Shown: in pieces, positions 1 to 7,879 of the stretch
Numbering within the stretch: position 1 is the first letter of the stretch
Layout: each line of letters begins with the position of its first letter
Origin: Acinetobacter wanghuae
GTDB taxonomy: Bacteria > Pseudomonadota > Gammaproteobacteria > Pseudomonadales > Moraxellaceae
DNA length: 32,000 bases
Assembly (NCBI RefSeq): GCF_009557235.1
Contig: NZ_CP045650.1
Span: 1,380,001 to 1,412,000, forward strand
Direction: 5' to 3'
Position numbers and translations under genes: made by a program
Notes under the pieces: model-generated
The model's input: the letters and a program-made list of their open reading frames with translations, nothing else
Databases searched by the model: none
Told to the model about the DNA's origin: nothing

Positions 1-1
1 C

Positions 2-421
2 GGGCCAGAAGGAAAACAATCTTGGAGTGAAATCCAAGCCGCTGTGCTTCAAAACATTAAAGATGAAGCCACCAAAGGTGTTGCACCAGACGGTCAAGGC
101 AACCAGATGATTAGTCCAGCTGCACTTAATGCTCAAATTCGCAAACTTGATGACAAGCTTGATTTCATTTTTGGCAAACAAGGCGCTGATAAGTTACGGG
201 CCTTGAATGAAGTATCCAAAACAATCTTTACTGTTCCAGCTTCAGCAGCGATCAATCACAGCAATACGGCTGCAACACTATCAGCAGCAATGGATTTGGT
301 TTTGTCGGGCATGTCTGGATTCCCAGCACCAGTCGCAAGTGCATTACGCCTCTCAACCAAACACATTAAAGATCGGAAAATTCGCAAGCGTGTAGAAGAC
401 GCATTAAACCCACGGAGTTAA
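2..421 (+). CDS. Phage virion-associated protein, C-terminal fragment (gene continues left of the window)
   Basis: The frame of the 44..421 ORF stays open back to base 2, so the GTG at 44 is probably internal. The TAA at 419-421 lies 3 nt before the tailspike ATG. It sits directly 5' of a tailspike gene. No family recognised. Confidence 0.5.
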   Translation, partial: GPEGKQSWSEIQAAVLQNIKDEATKGVAPDGQGNQMISPAALNAQIRKLDDKLDFIFGKQGADKLRALNEVSKTIFTVPASAAINHSNTAATLSAAMDLVLSGMSGFPAPVASALRLSTKHIKDRKIRKRVEDALNPRS

Positions 422-424
422 GTT

Positions 425-2551
425 ATGACCATGTTTTTAGCACCCTACACAGCCATTGCTGATATTGATGGAAGCCCGCTCGATGCGGGTTTCTTGTTTT
501 TTGGGGAATACGGAAAAGACCCTGAGTTGTTTCCAGTGGAGGTGTTTTGGGATGCGGATTTTACAGTTCCCGCAGCACAACCAATTCGCACGCGCAATGG
601 TTATCCAGTACGCAACGGCAGCCCGACCAAGGTTTATTTAAAAACAGCACAACATTCTGTTGTGATTAAAAATAGAAATGGCGCCTTTATTCTTGTGGAT
701 TTTAAAAACAAGGGTTGGTCTGCGAACTTTGTTGTTGACGCAAGCGGAAAAAATCAGCAGCAAGTCAATGATGAGTTAAATCAGGCTACACTTAAATTAG
801 CAGAACATGTGGCTGTATATCCAAAAGACTTCGGCGCATCGGGTGATGGTGTAACTGACGACAAGCAAGCTCTAATTGATGCTGATGTTTTTGCGACTGA
901 AAACGGACTTGTTTTGGATGGTCAAGGTCTGACTTATGCAGTGTCAAGTAAAGTTACACTGGAATGTGCTAATTTTAAAAACATTAAAATCGTACCAACA
1001 TCTGGAAATACAGGCGACGGTGTAGATTTTGTGATTAATCAATCTAGCAATTCAATATATTTGGATAAAGTTCTTGCGAATGGTTTTAAAGGTTACGGAG
1101 CAATGATCCTAAAAGGGTCTATCTCATCAAGTTCTAAATCATTGCTTATAGCTCAAGATTGTGACTTCTCAGCCAACGGAAATCTGGTAAGAAGTGTTTT
1201 AACTGTTGCTGCTGACGGGAACTCAAAAACACAAACTGTTGCGGACGCAAGTATCTTTTCTGTGGGTCAGTATATCTGGATATCTGACTGCCGAGTTAAG
1301 ATTGCTTCTGTATCGGGGAATGTGTTGACTATGGTTAGTTCTGATGGGGTGTATGCTGATATTCTTGAGGGTTCAAGTACAGCAAATCCTGTGGGTCAGT
1401 ACGTTACTGTAAACAACGCAGGACGAAACGGATTACAGATTGGGGGGCATCGCGAGGATGAGTTTGATATTTACTTAAATCGAGTAGCCGCAAATGATTG
1501 TGGTTGGTTTGGTATTTACAACAGAATTGCGGTAGACCCAACAACAAATACAATATTCCACGCACGTAGTTGTGAAACACACCGATGTGGGTACTTAGGC
1601 ATGGGTGCTGGCCGCACATATATTGCAGATATAGAAGGGTGCTTTGCTGATGAAAACAGCAACAACGGCATTGATTCCAACGCGACATTAGCACCATCAT
1701 TCTTTAGAAAAAATACTTGCTTGCGGAATGGTGCAGATGGCTTATTTATATCCCCGCTCGCTGGGTATAACAACCCCGTTACTATTGATGATAATAACCT
1801 TTGCTACAACTTGAGAATCGGGTGCTTGTTCAGTGGTGGTAATGATAACAACATTATAACTAACAACACGATGATCGGAAATTTAAGACGAAATCTTGGG
1901 TCTAGGGGTGTTCATTCAGGGGAGGTCACTGGAAACACATTCGATGGTGCATCTGATTATCATGTCTATATCGAAGGACGCGATGGTTACGCAAATCCGT
2001 CTGGATGGAATATACATCACAATACTTTCAAATCAGAAGCTAACATTCAGGATATTTTTGCCAACATTGGTGGCTACTCTGGAGGTGGAGCAAATGGTAA
2101 AATTGAAATTAAGTATAACAATTACGCAGTGAGCCTGCCAAAAATTGAGGTTATAAGGTATGACACATCACTAAGTAAATCATACCCTGAAACTTATTTC
2201 ACAATGATTGGAAACAAGACTTCTGATGTTGTAAAAAGTGTATTGAAGATTAACTTTCAAGCTAAAAACCCATTCCGAACATCCCAGAACTTAAATATTA
2301 GTAAGAAGGTTGAATTCTCAGCTTATTCATCATACCCAGCAACACCGACTAGAGCTATAGCTTGTACATGGTCAAACAGAACAGCAGGGATGTTATTAAA
2401 CGACAATCTCAACACTTACGGTTATGCTGAGATCGTGTTTGGAACTTCGGGCGCTGCGGGAATAGATATAGATTACAACACAACCGCGAAAAGGGTTTAT
2501 GTAGCTAAAGTGGACGAAGTTGAGCAATATATAGAGATGGAATGGATATAG
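425..2551 (+). CDS. Phage tailspike / capsule depolymerase (head-binding N-terminal module + pectate-lyase-superfamily beta-helix)
   Basis: 708 aa, with GGAG at 414-417 seven nt before the ATG. The N-terminal ~110 aa (DGSPLDAGFLFFGEYGKDPELFPVEVFWD...RNGYPVRNGSPTKVYL...VVIKNRNGAFI) follow the pattern of the P22 gp9-type head-binding domain. YPKDFGASGDGVTDDKQALIDA is a Pectate_lyase_3-type motif. Asn/Gly-rich beta-helix-like repeats follow, then a strong terminator. Confidence 0.85.
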   Translation: MTMFLAPYTAIADIDGSPLDAGFLFFGEYGKDPELFPVEVFWDADFTVPAAQPIRTRNGYPVRNGSPTKVYLKTAQHSVVIKNRNGAFILVDFKNKGWSANFVVDASGKNQQQVNDELNQATLKLAEHVAVYPKDFGASGDGVTDDKQALIDADVFATENGLVLDGQGLTYAVSSKVTLECANFKNIKIVPTSGNTGDGVDFVINQSSNSIYLDKVLANGFKGYGAMILKGSISSSSKSLLIAQDCDFSANGNLVRSVLTVAADGNSKTQTVADASIFSVGQYIWISDCRVKIASVSGNVLTMVSSDGVYADILEGSSTANPVGQYVTVNNAGRNGLQIGGHREDEFDIYLNRVAANDCGWFGIYNRIAVDPTTNTIFHARSCETHRCGYLGMGAGRTYIADIEGCFADENSNNGIDSNATLAPSFFRKNTCLRNGADGLFISPLAGYNNPVTIDDNNLCYNLRIGCLFSGGNDNNIITNNTMIGNLRRNLGSRGVHSGEVTGNTFDGASDYHVYIEGRDGYANPSGWNIHHNTFKSEANIQDIFANIGGYSGGGANGKIEIKYNNYAVSLPKIEVIRYDTSLSKSYPETYFTMIGNKTSDVVKSVLKINFQAKNPFRTSQNLNISKKVEFSAYSSYPATPTRAIACTWSNRTAGMLLNDNLNTYGYAEIVFGTSGAAGIDIDYNTTAKRVYVAKVDEVEQYIEMEWI

Positions 2552-2581
2552 TATAAATCACAACCATCACACCTTCTTAAT

Positions 2582-2612
2582 AAAAGCCCTTCGGGGCTTT
2601 TATTATTTTCAT
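2582..2612 (+). terminator. Rho-independent terminator after the tailspike gene
   Basis: AAAAGCCC-TTCG-GGGCTTTT hairpin (2582-2601) followed by a T-rich tract. Confidence 0.8.
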
Positions 2613-2651
2613 TCAAAAGTGCTATTATAAGGAAAACTTATATCGGGTTCG

Positions 2652-2840
2652 GTGCGCATTACAAGACATATGTTTGTTAATGAAGCGAACCATCATAAGA
2701 CAATAAAGGGAGTTCTAAAAAAGAAAGGAGCAGGCGAAATCTATATGCTACGCATGGAAGAATGCTTGGCTGTAGAAATGACTTATCAGCGTAGACGTAT
2801 TGATAAAATTGAACAAATATTGAATAACTCAAGTAATTAA
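2652..2840 (+). CDS. Small hypothetical phage ORF; start uncertain (candidates 2652 GTG, 2670 ATG, 2745 ATG)
   Basis: Only ORF between two terminators. AAAGGAG lies about 13 nt upstream of ATG 2745. The C-terminal part (MLRMEECLAVEMTYQRRRIDKIEQILNNSSN) looks helical. No family recognised. Confidence 0.3.
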   Translation: MRITRHMFVNEANHHKTIKGVLKKKGAGEIYMLRMEECLAVEMTYQRRRIDKIEQILNNSSN

Positions 2841-2856
2841 CCAGCAAACCCACATC

Positions 2857-2888
2857 AAACCTGATCTTTAATTAGATCAGGTTTTTTA
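2857..2888 (+). terminator. Rho-independent terminator
   Basis: AAACCTGATC (2857-2866) pairs with GATCAGGTTT (2875-2884) around an 8-nt loop, followed by TTTTATT. Confidence 0.75.
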
Positions 2889-2911
2889 TTGCCAAAATTT
2901 AGGGGAAGTAA

Positions 2912-3286
2912 ATGGAGCCGGTCTCTAGTAGTGTTGCTGCATTTTTAAAATTTTATGGGATGTTTATTGTCACATCGTTGGCGATATTAATGGTCGCAAC
3001 AGTTGTTCTCATGATGCGTCTGCCGCGATCACCGCAAGAATGGGTTACTGGCTTGATCTGCACGATCGTTTCTAGTTTGGCAGGTGGGGCTTTCATTATT
3101 GTGAAATTTTCATTACATCAATGGGTTACTGATATTTGGGGGATGATTGCCCTTGGTGGGTTTTTCTTTGCTTGTGGTTTGCCGGGTTGGGCCGTTGTGC
3201 GTTGGGTGTTTAATTTAATTGAACAACGTGAAGGTCGAACAATTTTAGATATTTTGCGTGAATTTAAAGAGGAATGGAAAAAGTGA
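2912..3286 (+). CDS. Putative holin (three TM segments, charged C-terminus)
   Basis: 124 aa with three hydrophobic stretches and a highly charged tail (EQREGRTILDILREFKEEWKK). Lies immediately upstream of the endolysin gene and overlaps it. Confidence 0.65.
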   Translation: MEPVSSSVAAFLKFYGMFIVTSLAILMVATVVLMMRLPRSPQEWVTGLICTIVSSLAGGAFIIVKFSLHQWVTDIWGMIALGGFFFACGLPGWAVVRWVFNLIEQREGRTILDILREFKEEWKK

Positions 3287-3828
3287 ATATTGAGCAATTT
3301 CTTAACGACTTAATCAAGCGCGAAGGCGGTTATGTAAATATTGCAGCTGACCGTGGTGGCGCTACCAAATACGGTATTACTGAATCAGTAGCTCGGGTAA
3401 ATGGCTATAAAGGCAATATGAAAGACCTGCCCGAATCTTTAGCGCGTGATATTTATCGAAAGCAATATTGGATTCAGCCACGTTTTGACCAAGTAAATAA
3501 TATTAGCCCATTGATTGCTGAAGAATTACTAGATACTGGTGTGAACTGTGGTGTTGGTTTTGCTAAACCCACCTTGCAGCGTGCCTTGAATTTACTCAAC
3601 AACCAAGGCAAAGGTGGCTGGTCTGATTTAGCAGTCGATGGTGTATATGGCCCAGCAACCCTAAATGCATTAAAAACCTTTTTATCTAAGCGTGGTAAAG
3701 AGGGTGAAAAGACATTGTGGAAAGTCTTGAATATCATGCAGGGTAATCGCTATATCGAAATCACTGAACGCAACCCAAGCCAAGAGCAATTTTTCTTTGG
3801 ATGGATCTCACAGCGGGTGGCGCTATGA
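3274..3828 (+). CDS. Endolysin, glycoside hydrolase family 108 N-terminal domain + PG_binding_3-like C-terminal domain
   Basis: REGGYVNIAADRGGATKYGIT matches the GH108 EGGY...GG.T.YGIT signature. The C-terminal DGVYGPATLNALKTF is peptidoglycan-binding-like. An alternative start is GTG 3283, which forms a GTGA overlap with the holin stop and sits 9 nt after GAGGA. Confidence 0.85.
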   Translation: MEKVNIEQFLNDLIKREGGYVNIAADRGGATKYGITESVARVNGYKGNMKDLPESLARDIYRKQYWIQPRFDQVNNISPLIAEELLDTGVNCGVGFAKPTLQRALNLLNNQGKGGWSDLAVDGVYGPATLNALKTFLSKRGKEGEKTLWKVLNIMQGNRYIEITERNPSQEQFFFGWISQRVAL

Positions 3829-4220
3829 TTAAAACATTCATCGCTAAATTTTATGAAGCCGTCATCATTGTATTGACGGCTTTTTTATTACTTGCACTTA
3901 TTGGCTTTGGTGTGCAGACATGGCGAGCTTCACATTGGAAAGCCAAATTTAACAGCGCAGATGCTGCCTGTGTTGAACGCATCAACAAAGTAAATAGTGC
4001 ATATCAATCTACAATTGACGCATGGCGAGCCAAAGTATTCATTGTTGAGAATGAACTGGAAGCTGAGCGCAATAACATCAAAGTTGAATTTCGAGATATA
4101 AAACATGAAACTCAAAAAGTCACTACTAACATTATCTATCGTGATTGCAAGCTTGATGACGCAGGCATGTCAATCGCGGAACGTGCCCGCATTGCCGCAA
4201 ATACCCGCAAGCCTCCTTAA
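3825..4220 (+). CDS. Rz-like inner-membrane spanin (i-spanin)
   Basis: ATG 3825 forms an ATGA overlap with the endolysin stop. It has an N-terminal TM (AVIIVLTAFLLLALIGFGV) followed by a coiled-coil-like charged domain, and contains the o-spanin start in another frame. Confidence 0.7.
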   Translation: MIKTFIAKFYEAVIIVLTAFLLLALIGFGVQTWRASHWKAKFNSADAACVERINKVNSAYQSTIDAWRAKVFIVENELEAERNNIKVEFRDIKHETQKVTTNIIYRDCKLDDAGMSIAERARIAANTRKPP

Positions 4221-4356
4221 GCCCTGTGATGAGTATCAGCCACTCAAAGACAACACCATGGGTGAATTACTCACTCGATATGTTGAGAGTTTAGAGATTG
4301 GTGCTGAATGTGCTGCAAAAGTGGATGCTTATATTAAGATCCATTCAGATAAATAA
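4105..4356 (+). CDS. Rz1-like outer-membrane lipoprotein spanin (o-spanin), overlapped architecture
   Basis: Starts inside the i-spanin gene in a different frame and runs 136 nt past its stop. Signal peptide MKLKKSLLTLSIVIASLMTQA|C is followed by a Pro-containing segment (VPALPQIPASLLKP). The lipobox is atypical (T-Q-A-C). Confidence 0.65.
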   Translation: MKLKKSLLTLSIVIASLMTQACQSRNVPALPQIPASLLKPCDEYQPLKDNTMGELLTRYVESLEIGAECAAKVDAYIKIHSDK

Positions 4357-4467
4357 AAATCGTCTTTTTAAGTGGTTGCTTATTAAGAGATACATTAACT
4401 ATTCACAAGCACAACAATCACTATTTTTTCACTCTGTAAAATGATCTATACTTATTGAGCAGATTAG

Positions 4468-4498
4468 CCGGCTCAAAAGAAATTTTAAGCCGGTTTTT
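4468..4498 (+). terminator. Candidate terminator at the end of the lysis cassette / prophage arm
   Basis: CCGGCT (4468-4473) pairs with AGCCGG (4488-4493) around a 14-nt loop, followed by TTTTT. Confidence 0.45.
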
Positions 4499-4590
4499 AC
4501 GTTTCTAAAGTCTGTGGATAAGTCAGTTTAAACACCAAAAAAACACCAATAAGATATAAACCACTGATTTTGAAACGGAGTTGATAAACA

Positions 4591-5598
4591 ATGATTTTAG
4601 TGACCGGTGGATTAGGCTTTTTAGGTTCACATATTACTTTAAGTCTTTTGGCACAAGGATTAGAGGTCATTGTGGTGGATAATTTATCCAATGCAAGCCT
4701 ACAGACACTCGAACGACTTGAATTTATTTCTGGCATGTATGTGCCTTTTATTAAAACGGATATCCGTAATACACCTGCGCTGAATAAAGTTTTTGAGCAG
4801 CATTCCATTCAAGCGGTGATTCATGCAGCAGGTTTTAAATCACTCGAAGAATCCGTACTTAAACCGCTTGAATATTACAATGATAATGTTAGTTGTATTA
4901 TGAGTCTTATGCGTGCGATGCAGCGTACCGGTGTGCGACATTTGGTGCATTTATCAAGTTTGGCAGTGTATGGGCATTCAGGTACAGACCTGCAAGAAGA
5001 TCAAGAATTTAACTACACTTATCCCAATCCTTATATTAAGTCTCAGCAAATGGTTGAGGAAATCATTCGTGATACCGCACATACGGATAACGAATGGAAA
5101 ATTGCGATTTTAAGGCTCTCTAATATCGCGGGTGCATTTGAACATGGCGTACTTGGAGAATGGGTACCGCCATTGCCGAAAAATATTATTCCACTCGCAT
5201 TACAAGTTGGTGCATTACAACGTGACAGTATTGAGTTGCGTCGGCAAGCCAATACCGCAGATAAAACCACAGAACGCAGTTTCTTACATGTCCTAGATGC
5301 CTGTGATGCAGTCTTTAAGACCTTACAATGGTTAAGCCAACAACAATCGGCATGTGAAGCCTTTAATATTGCCGGTGAATTAACATCTATTCAAAAATTA
5401 CTTGATGAAGTGGCAGAAGTGACCCAAGTGAGTATCCGTACAGAAGAAGCGCTGTATTACTCAGGTGTGGAGCTTGATCAGTTAGGTGCGAGTAGTGAAA
5501 AAGCAAAAGCGCAGCTCAATTGGCAGCCGACCCAGCCCTTAAGAAAAATGCTTGAAGATGAATGGCGCTTTTATCAAAACACTTTGCGCGGACAATAA
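4591..5598 (+). CDS. NAD-dependent epimerase/dehydratase, divergent GalE-like (UDP-hexose 4-epimerase family) with a degenerate active-site motif
   Basis: N-terminal Rossmann motif VTGGLGFLGSH. Colinear with E. coli GalE as I recall it (KPLEYYNDNV, SSLAVYG, NPYIKSQQMVE). The expected YxxxK reads Y148-I-K-S-Q152. Confidence 0.8.
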   Translation: MILVTGGLGFLGSHITLSLLAQGLEVIVVDNLSNASLQTLERLEFISGMYVPFIKTDIRNTPALNKVFEQHSIQAVIHAAGFKSLEESVLKPLEYYNDNVSCIMSLMRAMQRTGVRHLVHLSSLAVYGHSGTDLQEDQEFNYTYPNPYIKSQQMVEEIIRDTAHTDNEWKIAILRLSNIAGAFEHGVLGEWVPPLPKNIIPLALQVGALQRDSIELRRQANTADKTTERSFLHVLDACDAVFKTLQWLSQQQSACEAFNIAGELTSIQKLLDEVAEVTQVSIRTEEALYYSGVELDQLGASSEKAKAQLNWQPTQPLRKMLEDEWRFYQNTLRGQ

Positions 5599-5612
5599 GC
5601 GAGATTGAAACT

Positions 5613-5631
5613 AATGATAATGAATATCATT
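5613..5631. promoter_or_regulatory. Fur-box-like 19-bp palindrome upstream of fumC
   Basis: AATGATAATGAATATCATT has perfect 7-bp arms (AATGATA / TATCATT) and contains GATAAT. It lies 71-89 nt upstream of the fumC ATG and resembles the GATAATGATAATCATTATC consensus. Confidence 0.5.
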
Positions 5632-5701
5632 TACATCATCTATTAAATCACATAAGCTCAAGACATAAGGAAATCTATTTATTCAACATCTAGAGGTACA
5701 T

Positions 5702-7096
5702 ATGCAAACACGTATTGAACATGACACCATGGGTGAGGTAGAAGTACCAAGCGAAGCACTATGGGGGGCACAAACTCAACGTAGTTTGCAAAACTTTAAA
5801 ATTGGTCAGGAGCGCTTACCACGTCCGATGATTCGTGCCATGGGCTTGGTAAAAAAAGCTGCTGCAATGACTAACGCTGAACTGAAACAAATTCCTGATG
5901 AGCTTGCCACGTATATTGTAGGTGCAGCGGAAGAAGTGATTGAAGGAAAATGGGACAGTCAATTTCCTTTGGTGGTTTGGCAAACGGGTTCAGGTACACA
6001 AAGTAATATGAACTGTAATGAGGTCATTGCCAATATTGCCAATCAAAAGCTCGGTAATGCGTTGGGTTCACAAAAACCTGTACATCCGAATGATCATGTT
6101 AATCGCGCGCAATCGACCAATGACTCATTTCCAACAGCGATCCATGTCGCGGCAAGTTTGCAAATGAATGAATTATTAATTCCTGCTGTTCAACAATTAC
6201 GTGACACCTTACAAGCTAAGTCTGAAGCCTTTTCCGATATTGTGAAAATCGGACGTACCCATTTACAAGATGCAACGCCGTTGACACTGGGTCAGGAATT
6301 TAGTGGCTATGTCTCACAGCTTGATCATGGTTTAAAACGTTTGAATCAAGCGTTAGAAGGTTTATATGAGTTACCTTTAGGTGGAACGGCTGTGGGTACG
6401 GGTTTAAATGCGCATCCAGACTACGCGGTTAAAGCGGCTGAAACGCTGAGTAAACTGACAGGACTTCCTTTTGTCACGGCGCCCAATAAGTTTGAAGCGC
6501 TTGCAGGTCGTGATGCTGCTGTCTTTGCATCGGGTGCTTTGAAAACATTAGCGGTGAGTTTTAATAAAATCGCCAATGATATTCGTTGGCTCGCAAGTGG
6601 TCCACGTTGTGGTTTAGGTGAGCTTCGCATCCCTGAAAATGAACCGGGTTCTAGTATTATGCCGGGCAAAGTCAATCCAACTCAAAGTGAAGCCATGACC
6701 ATGGTTGTGGCGCAAGTGTTGGGTAATGACACCACCATTAATGTGGCAGGTGCTTCGGGTAACTTTGAGCTAAATGTGTTTATGCCTGTGATTGCATTCA
6801 ACCTATTACAGTCGATTCAACTCTTGGGCGATGCTTGTAATAGCTTTAATGATCATTGCGCCGTCGGGATTGAGCCGAACCGTGAAAAAATTGATCATTA
6901 TCTGCATGACTCTTTAATGCTTGTCACTGCTTTAAACCCCGTCATTGGTTATGAAAATGCTGCCAAAGTCGCAAAAACTGCCTATAAGGAAAATAAGACC
7001 CTCAAACAAGTGGCTATTGAACTTGGGCTTGTGACGGCTGAACAGTTTGATGAAGTCGTGAGACCTGAGAAGATGGTTTCAGCAAATGTGAAGTGA
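5702..7096 (+). CDS. fumC: Class II fumarate hydratase
   Basis: 464 aa with the [16 protein letters not shown] signature. Full-length colinearity with the FumC/aspartase family (SSNDSFPTA-type region [10 protein letters not shown]). AGAGG lies 5 nt upstream of the ATG. Confidence 0.97.
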   Translation: MQTRIEHDTMGEVEVPSEALWGAQTQRSLQNFKIGQERLPRPMIRAMGLVKKAAAMTNAELKQIPDELATYIVGAAEEVIEGKWDSQFPLVVWQTGSGTQSNMNCNEVIANIANQKLGNALGSQKPVHPNDHVNRAQSTNDSFPTAIHVAASLQMNELLIPAVQQLRDTLQAKSEAFSDIVKIGRTHLQDATPLTLGQEFSGYVSQLDHGLKRLNQALEGLYELPLGGTAVGTGLNAHPDYAVKAAETLSKLTGLPFVTAPNKFEALAGRDAAVFASGALKTLAVSFNKIANDIRWLASGPRCGLGELRIPENEPGSSIMPGKVNPTQSEAMTMVVAQVLGNDTTINVAGASGNFELNVFMPVIAFNLLQSIQLLGDACNSFNDHCAVGIEPNREKIDHYLHDSLMLVTALNPVIGYENAAKVAKTAYKENKTLKQVAIELGLVTAEQFDEVVRPEKMVSANVK

Positions 7097-7105
7097 TTGC
7101 TAAGT

Positions 7106-7135
7106 AAAAAAGCCCTCAATTGAGGGCTTTTTTAT
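7106..7135. terminator. Rho-independent terminator, potentially bidirectional
   Basis: AGCCCTCA-AT-TGAGGGCT hairpin flanked by an A-run on the left and a T-run on the right. It sits between convergent fumC and the 7145..7351 ORF. Confidence 0.8.
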
Positions 7136-7408
7136 ATTTAATTTCTATTTTTTAAGCAAATCGACGTGAAATTTTGAAATTATATCTATGAGATTGATAG
7201 TTATATTTCTTATGTCTTCCTCGAAATCACCTAGTTTTACATACTCAATAACTTGTTTTGCAGAGGAAATATAATCCTCTATGTAATGTGGGGTACTTAA
7301 TGTTTGATGTAGTTCTGTTAGTGATTTATAAAATGGTTCTATGTTAAGCAAGTGTTCATTCTCAAAGGAAATTTTAGAATTGAAATTATATTAGACTTCT
7401 TTCATAAG

Positions 7409-7879
7409 TCATTTTTTACTCAGCTCCATGTTGTAGACTCCAGCAATTAAATTGAATCTTAAGCCTAATCTTTTGCCGCGGTTGCGATATCGCTCGGTAA
7501 GGATTTTGAAGGTTTTCAAACTGCCAAATACATGCTCAATCTCAATTCTTCTTTTATTGATTTCTTGATTGTAGACTTTTAGTTCGGGATGTAATTTGCA
7601 GCGCTTCTTTGCTTTAAGAGGCAGTAAGCTATTTGGATACACTGCGTAAATCCCTTGATAGCCTTTATCTGCAAGGATAAAAGACCCTTTAGGAACCTGA
7701 TTTAAATTGCGTTTGAATAGCTCGAAATCATGTACAGCACCACGACTCGTGCATAAACTCAGAACTTGCCGAGTTCTATAATGGATAATGGCTTGAACTT
7801 TAAAAGTATGTGCCTTCTTCTTGCCACTATAGCTTTTCTTCTGTTTTTTTAGGTCTTTGTATTGGAATTTCTGTGGCAT
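7409..7879 (-). CDS. Transposase OrfB (DDE catalytic C-terminal part)
   Basis: YSGKKKAHTFKVQ..., ILADKGYQG and RRIEIEHVFGSLK are typical IS5-type DDE motifs. It overlaps OrfA by 53 nt and lies in the +1 frame relative to OrfA. Confidence 0.8.
   Translation of the reverse strand: MPQKFQYKDLKKQKKSYSGKKKAHTFKVQAIIHYRTRQVLSLCTSRGAVHDFELFKRNLNQVPKGSFILADKGYQGIYAVYPNSLLPLKAKKRCKLHPELKVYNQEINKRRIEIEHVFGSLKTFKILTERYRNRGKRLGLRFNLIAGVYNMELSKK

Noticed and set aside
1404-2132. Track ORFs 1404..1700(-), 1516..1773(-) and 1896..2132(+) inside the tailspike gene
   Set aside because: They are embedded entirely in a well-supported 708-aa CDS, have Cys/Leu/Arg-rich shadow-frame composition and lack start context. 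I treat them as frame shadows.
4357-4590. Search for a tRNA gene or att core at the prophage/chromosome junction
   Set aside because: I could see no cloverleaf-compatible sequence and no repeat. The left prophage end is outside the window, so attR cannot be defined here.
4497-4808. 103-aa minus-strand ORF overlapping the start of the GalE-like gene and the prophage-proximal spacer
   Set aside because: Most of it is antisense to a clearly coding Rossmann-fold N-terminus, with implausible composition and no RBS.
6421-6675. Antisense ORF inside fumC
   Set aside because: It overlaps a highly conserved CDS on the opposite strand and has low-complexity Ala/Ser/Leu composition typical of antisense frames.
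7844-7850. Calling the A7 run a standard programmed -1 ribosomal frameshift site
   Set aside because: Frame arithmetic shows OrfB is +1 relative to OrfA, and the -1 frame terminates after about 30 codons. See the corresponding finding.
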